Source of the DNA: Candidatus Latescibacterota bacterium
GTDB taxonomy: Bacteria > Latescibacterota > UBA2968 > UBA8231
Assembly: GCA_965248265.1 (NCBI GenBank)
Contig: CBDFJF010000001.1
Span: 160,001-224,000 of the forward strand
Direction of reading: 5' to 3'
DNA: 64,000 bases
Made by a program: the position numbers and the translations under genes. The notes under the pieces were generated by a model, which made no database searches, was not told the origin of the DNA, and saw only the letters and a list, made by a program, of their open reading frames with translations. This document shows positions 60,507 to 64,000 of this stretch, piece after piece. Each line of letters starts with the position of its first letter. The stretch's first letter is position 1.

Positions 60507-62939
60507 TCAATTCTGCTGGAAGCCCACACTCAGGGTGACACCGAACTGGCGAGGATCGCCGTGGGCGATGTACCTCGTATCTCCGACTTCAGCACGCGGA
60601 TCATTGTCGAAGAAGAACCCGCGCACGGCGTAGCGTTCATCGAGCAGATTTCTTCCCCAGGCGGCGATGGTCCAGCTCTTCCAGTCAAACCCCAGCCTCC
60701 CGTTGAGGAGCTGATAGGCCTCGGATTTCTGGTCGTGACTGCCGGAGAAATAGAACTCGTCGACGGCAGAAAGCTCCAGTCGACAGAAAAGGCCGCTCCG
60801 GTCTCTGTATTCACCTCCGATTCGAGCGGTGTATTCCGGTGCGTGCGCAGCTGCACGGTCTCCTCTCGTTTTCTTTCCGTCTTCGGTCTCGTACGCGTCG
60901 ACATGCGTGTTCAGGTAACCGAGGGCGCCGAAAAAGCGAATTCCGTTGACCGGACTGTAGGTCTGCTCCAGCTCCAGACCGCTGTTCCGCCCACCCTCTG
61001 CATTGGCGATGAAGAAGAAGAAGCTGTTCGGGTCATTGGGATCCCGCTGGCTGGACAGATCCACCTGCTGCCCGGTGCGCAGCGAGTGAAAGAGCGTCAG
61101 GACTGTACTGGTTCGCGCACCCAATGAACGGAGACCCGCCTCCATGTTCAGGATGTATTCTGGATCGAAAGGCCGGCTGCCCGCAACGAGATGGGGGTGC
61201 TGATTCACCCCTCCCGCCTTGTAACCCCGAGACACGGCCGCGTATACACTGCGATCTGTGGACAGGTTGTACTGCAGGGCGAACCTGCCGCCGAGCAACG
61301 CGTCGTCGACATCGAAGTTGACCGCCGTTCCTCCGGGATTCGTGATTCCGGTGTACGAAGTGGATTGCCGGTCCAGTCGCGCGTTCACAGTGGCGGACAG
61401 CTTGCTCGTCAACTCCAGTCCGTATTGGCCATAGAGGGCCACATCGGTCATGTCGAAGGTGCTGGTCAAGGCATCCGCGTCGCCGCCAAACAGGTAGCCG
61501 TTACGCTGGTCTGACTCCTCCATGCTCTTGAAGTATGCGCCGACGACGAAGTCGTCGCTCCCGGTGACCACACGACTCTTAAACAGACGCAACTCCTGCG
61601 AGAGAGTCTGTCGGTCTCTGAGCGTGCGGTCGCTGAAATCGTAGTTCCACCCCTCGGTCTCGGGGTCGAAGTTGTACGGATCGGCAAGCCAAAAGCTGTC
61701 GTTCCCCCAGTCCCCATCGAAGCTGTGCTCCAGTTCGGTATCCGAGTAGGTCGTGATCGACACCAGATCGACTCCGGGTTTCTCGAGTGGCAATCCACCC
61801 CTCAGAGACACAGCGGAGGTCAACTGGCGGTCCTTTCCCGGATTGTCCGAATAGGTAATCAGATCCTCGTTGTTGTCGGGGGCCCAGGCGTCGAAGCTGT
61901 TGTCGGCATCTGCACGGAAAAGAGTGCCGACCCAGGTCATGCCGCTCGCCTTCTGGTAGCGGACCTTCGCGCGCACGAGATTCTCACGCCGTCGATTGGT
62001 GTCATCGCGACCCAGAAAGACGTTGTCCCTGAAGCCGTTCGCACGCGCGTCGTGAAAACTGAAGCGCACGGCGATCTCATCACTCACGGGTAGATTCATG
62101 CTGCCGCTGTATCGGAGCAGAGCATCGTTTCCGGCAGCCAGCGAGACGGTCTGCTGCGCTTGCCCAGGATCTGCCGATTGCATGTTGATCAACCCGGCCA
62201 TGGCGTTGGGTCCGAACGACGACGACTGCGGACCTTTGAAGACTTCGATCTGGTCCACGTCGGCCAGCATCGCTGCCATTCCAATGCCACTCAAGTCCAC
62301 GTCGTCCATGACAAAGCCGACGGAGAAATTGGGTGGCCCCTCTTCGGCGTAATGGCTGCGCTCACCGATGCCGCGCACCTGGAAGTAACGCGCGCGCGAC
62401 GTACTGCCGGCCCAGTTAAGGTTCGGGACAGACGGCACCAGATCCTGAAAGTGGCCGGCTTCCAAAGAGGCGATCTCATCCGCCTGCAGTACCGTGACGC
62501 TCGCCGGCACATCGGCCAGGTCCTCTTCGACCAGACCGCCCGTAACTCTGACCGCCGGCACGGCAAGAGCTCGGGGCTCTAGTCGGATGACCATGGATTC
62601 GGCAGACACCGCAATTTTGACGGACCGGTAGCCGATATGGGACACAGTGATCGAATCACTTTCGGTCGCGACACCGATCTCGAAACGACCGAAATGGTCA
62701 GTCGCCACCCCGCTGCCATCACTGCGGACAACGTTGGCGTTGACGAGTGCCTGATCCGTGATCGCATCGAGAACGCTGCCGCCGACCGTGATGGACGCAC
62801 CCGCGCCCGATCCCGGGATCAGCAGCAAAGCCGCCATCATCAGGAGTGAATTCGGGATGATTCCTCGCATCCTGGCGAGTTTCGTTCGCGGGTGCACGAG
62901 GACCGCTCGCACATTCGCGCTGAGCCTTCTGCTGCTCAT
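60507..62939 (-). CDS. TonB-dependent receptor, probably for thiamine
   Basis: N-terminal CarboxypepD-like domain, plug (VEVFKGPQ-like), barrel with NLLDERY; downstream of a TPP riboswitch and upstream of thiN. Confidence 0.9.
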   Translation of the reverse strand: MSSRRLSANVRAVLVHPRTKLARMRGIIPNSLLMMAALLLIPGSGAGASITVGGSVLDAITDQALVNANVVRSDGSGVATDHFGRFEIGVATESDSITVSHIGYRSVKIAVSAESMVIRLEPRALAVPAVRVTGGLVEEDLADVPASVTVLQADEIASLEAGHFQDLVPSVPNLNWAGSTSRARYFQVRGIGERSHYAEEGPPNFSVGFVMDDVDLSGIGMAAMLADVDQIEVFKGPQSSSFGPNAMAGLINMQSADPGQAQQTVSLAAGNDALLRYSGSMNLPVSDEIAVRFSFHDARANGFRDNVFLGRDDTNRRRENLVRAKVRYQKASGMTWVGTLFRADADNSFDAWAPDNNEDLITYSDNPGKDRQLTSAVSLRGGLPLEKPGVDLVSITTYSDTELEHSFDGDWGNDSFWLADPYNFDPETEGWNYDFSDRTLRDRQTLSQELRLFKSRVVTGSDDFVVGAYFKSMEESDQRNGYLFGGDADALTSTFDMTDVALYGQYGLELTSKLSATVNARLDRQSTSYTGITNPGGTAVNFDVDDALLGGRFALQYNLSTDRSVYAAVSRGYKAGGVNQHPHLVAGSRPFDPEYILNMEAGLRSLGARTSTVLTLFHSLRTGQQVDLSSQRDPNDPNSFFFFIANAEGGRNSGLELEQTYSPVNGIRFFGALGYLNTHVDAYETEDGKKTRGDRAAAHAPEYTARIGGEYRDRSGLFCRLELSAVDEFYFSGSHDQKSEAYQLLNGRLGFDWKSWTIAAWGRNLLDERYAVRGFFFDNDPRAEVGDTRYIAHGDPRQFGVTLSVGFQQN

Positions 62940-62960
62940 GCTCTCTCCTTCCCGTGTCAC

Positions 62961-62998
62961 AAAAAAAGACCGTCTCTCCCTACGCAGGAGAAACGGCC
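62961..62998 (-). terminator. Riboswitch-controlled intrinsic terminator
   Basis: GGCCGTTTCTCC-tgcgtag-GGAGAGACGGTC-TTTTTTT. Confidence 0.8.
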
Positions 62999-63030
62999 CG
63001 TGCACGTGCTCGGTACGTGCGCTCGTGCAG

Positions 63031-63117
63031 TTCCGTGTTCCCTACGCTGGCATCATCCAGTTCAGGTTCGAAGGGTGTACGATCTCAGGCTCGCGATGCG
63101 AGCCACCCCCAACGGAA
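63031..63117 (-). ncRNA. TPP riboswitch
   Basis: Minus strand GGGGTG..CTGAGA..ACCCTTCGAACCTGAACTGGATGATGCCAGCGTAGGGAA, with P1 formed by TTCCGT/ACGGAA. Confidence 0.95.
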
Positions 63118-63162
63118 ACTATTATTTGCTGTGAATATACCCCGGCGCGCCTGCCCCGGCAA

Positions 63163-64000
63163 TCAGCCCAGTTTTTCCAGCACGCTGCCCATCGCCTTTA
63201 CAAGCCCGTCTATGTGTTCGGTCTCCATCGGCAGGGAGATGCCATTCATGCCCATGGCGTAGCACATGTTGAAGCCCTGTTCCAGCAACATCAGGTAAGA
63301 CGGCATGACCAGCTCCTTGTTGGCCCCCGACATGACGCGGTAATTGAGCAACTTCTCGGTAGTAAAGTGAATGCTGAAAATCGGCCCATTATGGACTGCC
63401 TGGGCCGGAAAACCGGCATCCTTGAACAGTGTGTTGAGTCCCGAGCACAGACGAACCCCCAGGCCTTCAAGGTGAGCGAACGCCGCCTCATCCAACACCG
63501 TGAGCGTTGCCAGGCCGGCGGCCATCGTCACCGGGTGTCCGGAGTAGGTCCCACTCTGAGAGAAGCCGGTGGCCCCCTTGCTCATATCAAAGCGCTCCAT
63601 GAGATCGGCTCGTCCCCCAAAGGCCCCGACCGGAAACCCACCGCCGATGATCTTGCCGAAGGAAGTGAGATCCGGCTTGACTCCAAAGCCGGTCTGCAAG
63701 CCACCGACACCGGTCCCGAACCCGACGATCTCATCGAATACCATCAGGATGTCGTTGTCTGCAGTTGCCTGGCGCACGAACTGGACGAACTCCGGTCGCT
63801 GCGGCATGATGCCGGCCTTGGGATCGAACATGACGCAGGCCAACTCGTCCCTGTGTTGCTCGATCAAGCGCTCAACCGACTCGGGGTCGTTGTACGGCAG
63901 AATGATCGCCTCCTCGACGGCGCGCGGAACGATACCCTTTGACTGTGCAACCGCCGTCGGCGCCGTCGCCGGCCCGGCCTGGTCCAACGGCGGCCCGACG
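63163..64000 (-). CDS. Class III aminotransferase (GSA-aminomutase-like); start lies beyond the window
   Basis: VFDEIVGF, PDLTSFGKIIGGGFPVGAFGG, SGTYSGHP. Confidence 0.88.
   Translation of the reverse strand, partial: VGPPLDQAGPATAPTAVAQSKGIVPRAVEEAIILPYNDPESVERLIEQHRDELACVMFDPKAGIMPQRPEFVQFVRQATADNDILMVFDEIVGFGTGVGGLQTGFGVKPDLTSFGKIIGGGFPVGAFGGRADLMERFDMSKGATGFSQSGTYSGHPVTMAAGLATLTVLDEAAFAHLEGLGVRLCSGLNTLFKDAGFPAQAVHNGPIFSIHFTTEKLLNYRVMSGANKELVMPSYLMLLEQGFNMCYAMGMNGISLPMETEHIDGLVKAMGSVLEKLG

Overview
High-GC bacterial chromosome segment. The gene families (DUF6785-like membrane protein, FlgD/T9SS-like C-terminal domains, TWGxIK tails, GHL10-like proteins, many Gfo/Idh/MocA enzymes) suggest a Latescibacterota/Poribacteria-like candidate-phylum organism; this is inference only. 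The right third (43.5-64 kb) is orderly. It holds catabolic operons, an archaeal-type pantoate kinase + phosphopantothenate synthetase pair, tag, and a TPP riboswitch controlling a TonB receptor + thiN. The left two-thirds is a hypervariable region with an intact IS3, an intact IS630 and many truncated gene fragments. Main observation: 21.5-43.6 kb appears to be a tandem stack of about three related integrative elements inserted at the 3' end of an isochorismatase-family gene. A 33-bp exact direct repeat (34440-34472 and 43572-43604) brackets the youngest, 9.2-kb unit. The units share an ordered set of non-coding blocks: att-end arm-like repeats, a GGGTCCCC...GGTGCCGGG motif, an inward sigma70 promoter and two iteron/palindrome origin-like blocks. 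They carry different, co-oriented surface-protein cargo, including two mosaic S74-chaperone fibre genes, and none encodes a recognisable integrase or replicase. No rRNA, tRNA or CRISPR array was seen. All calls come from reading the sequence by eye; no searches were run.
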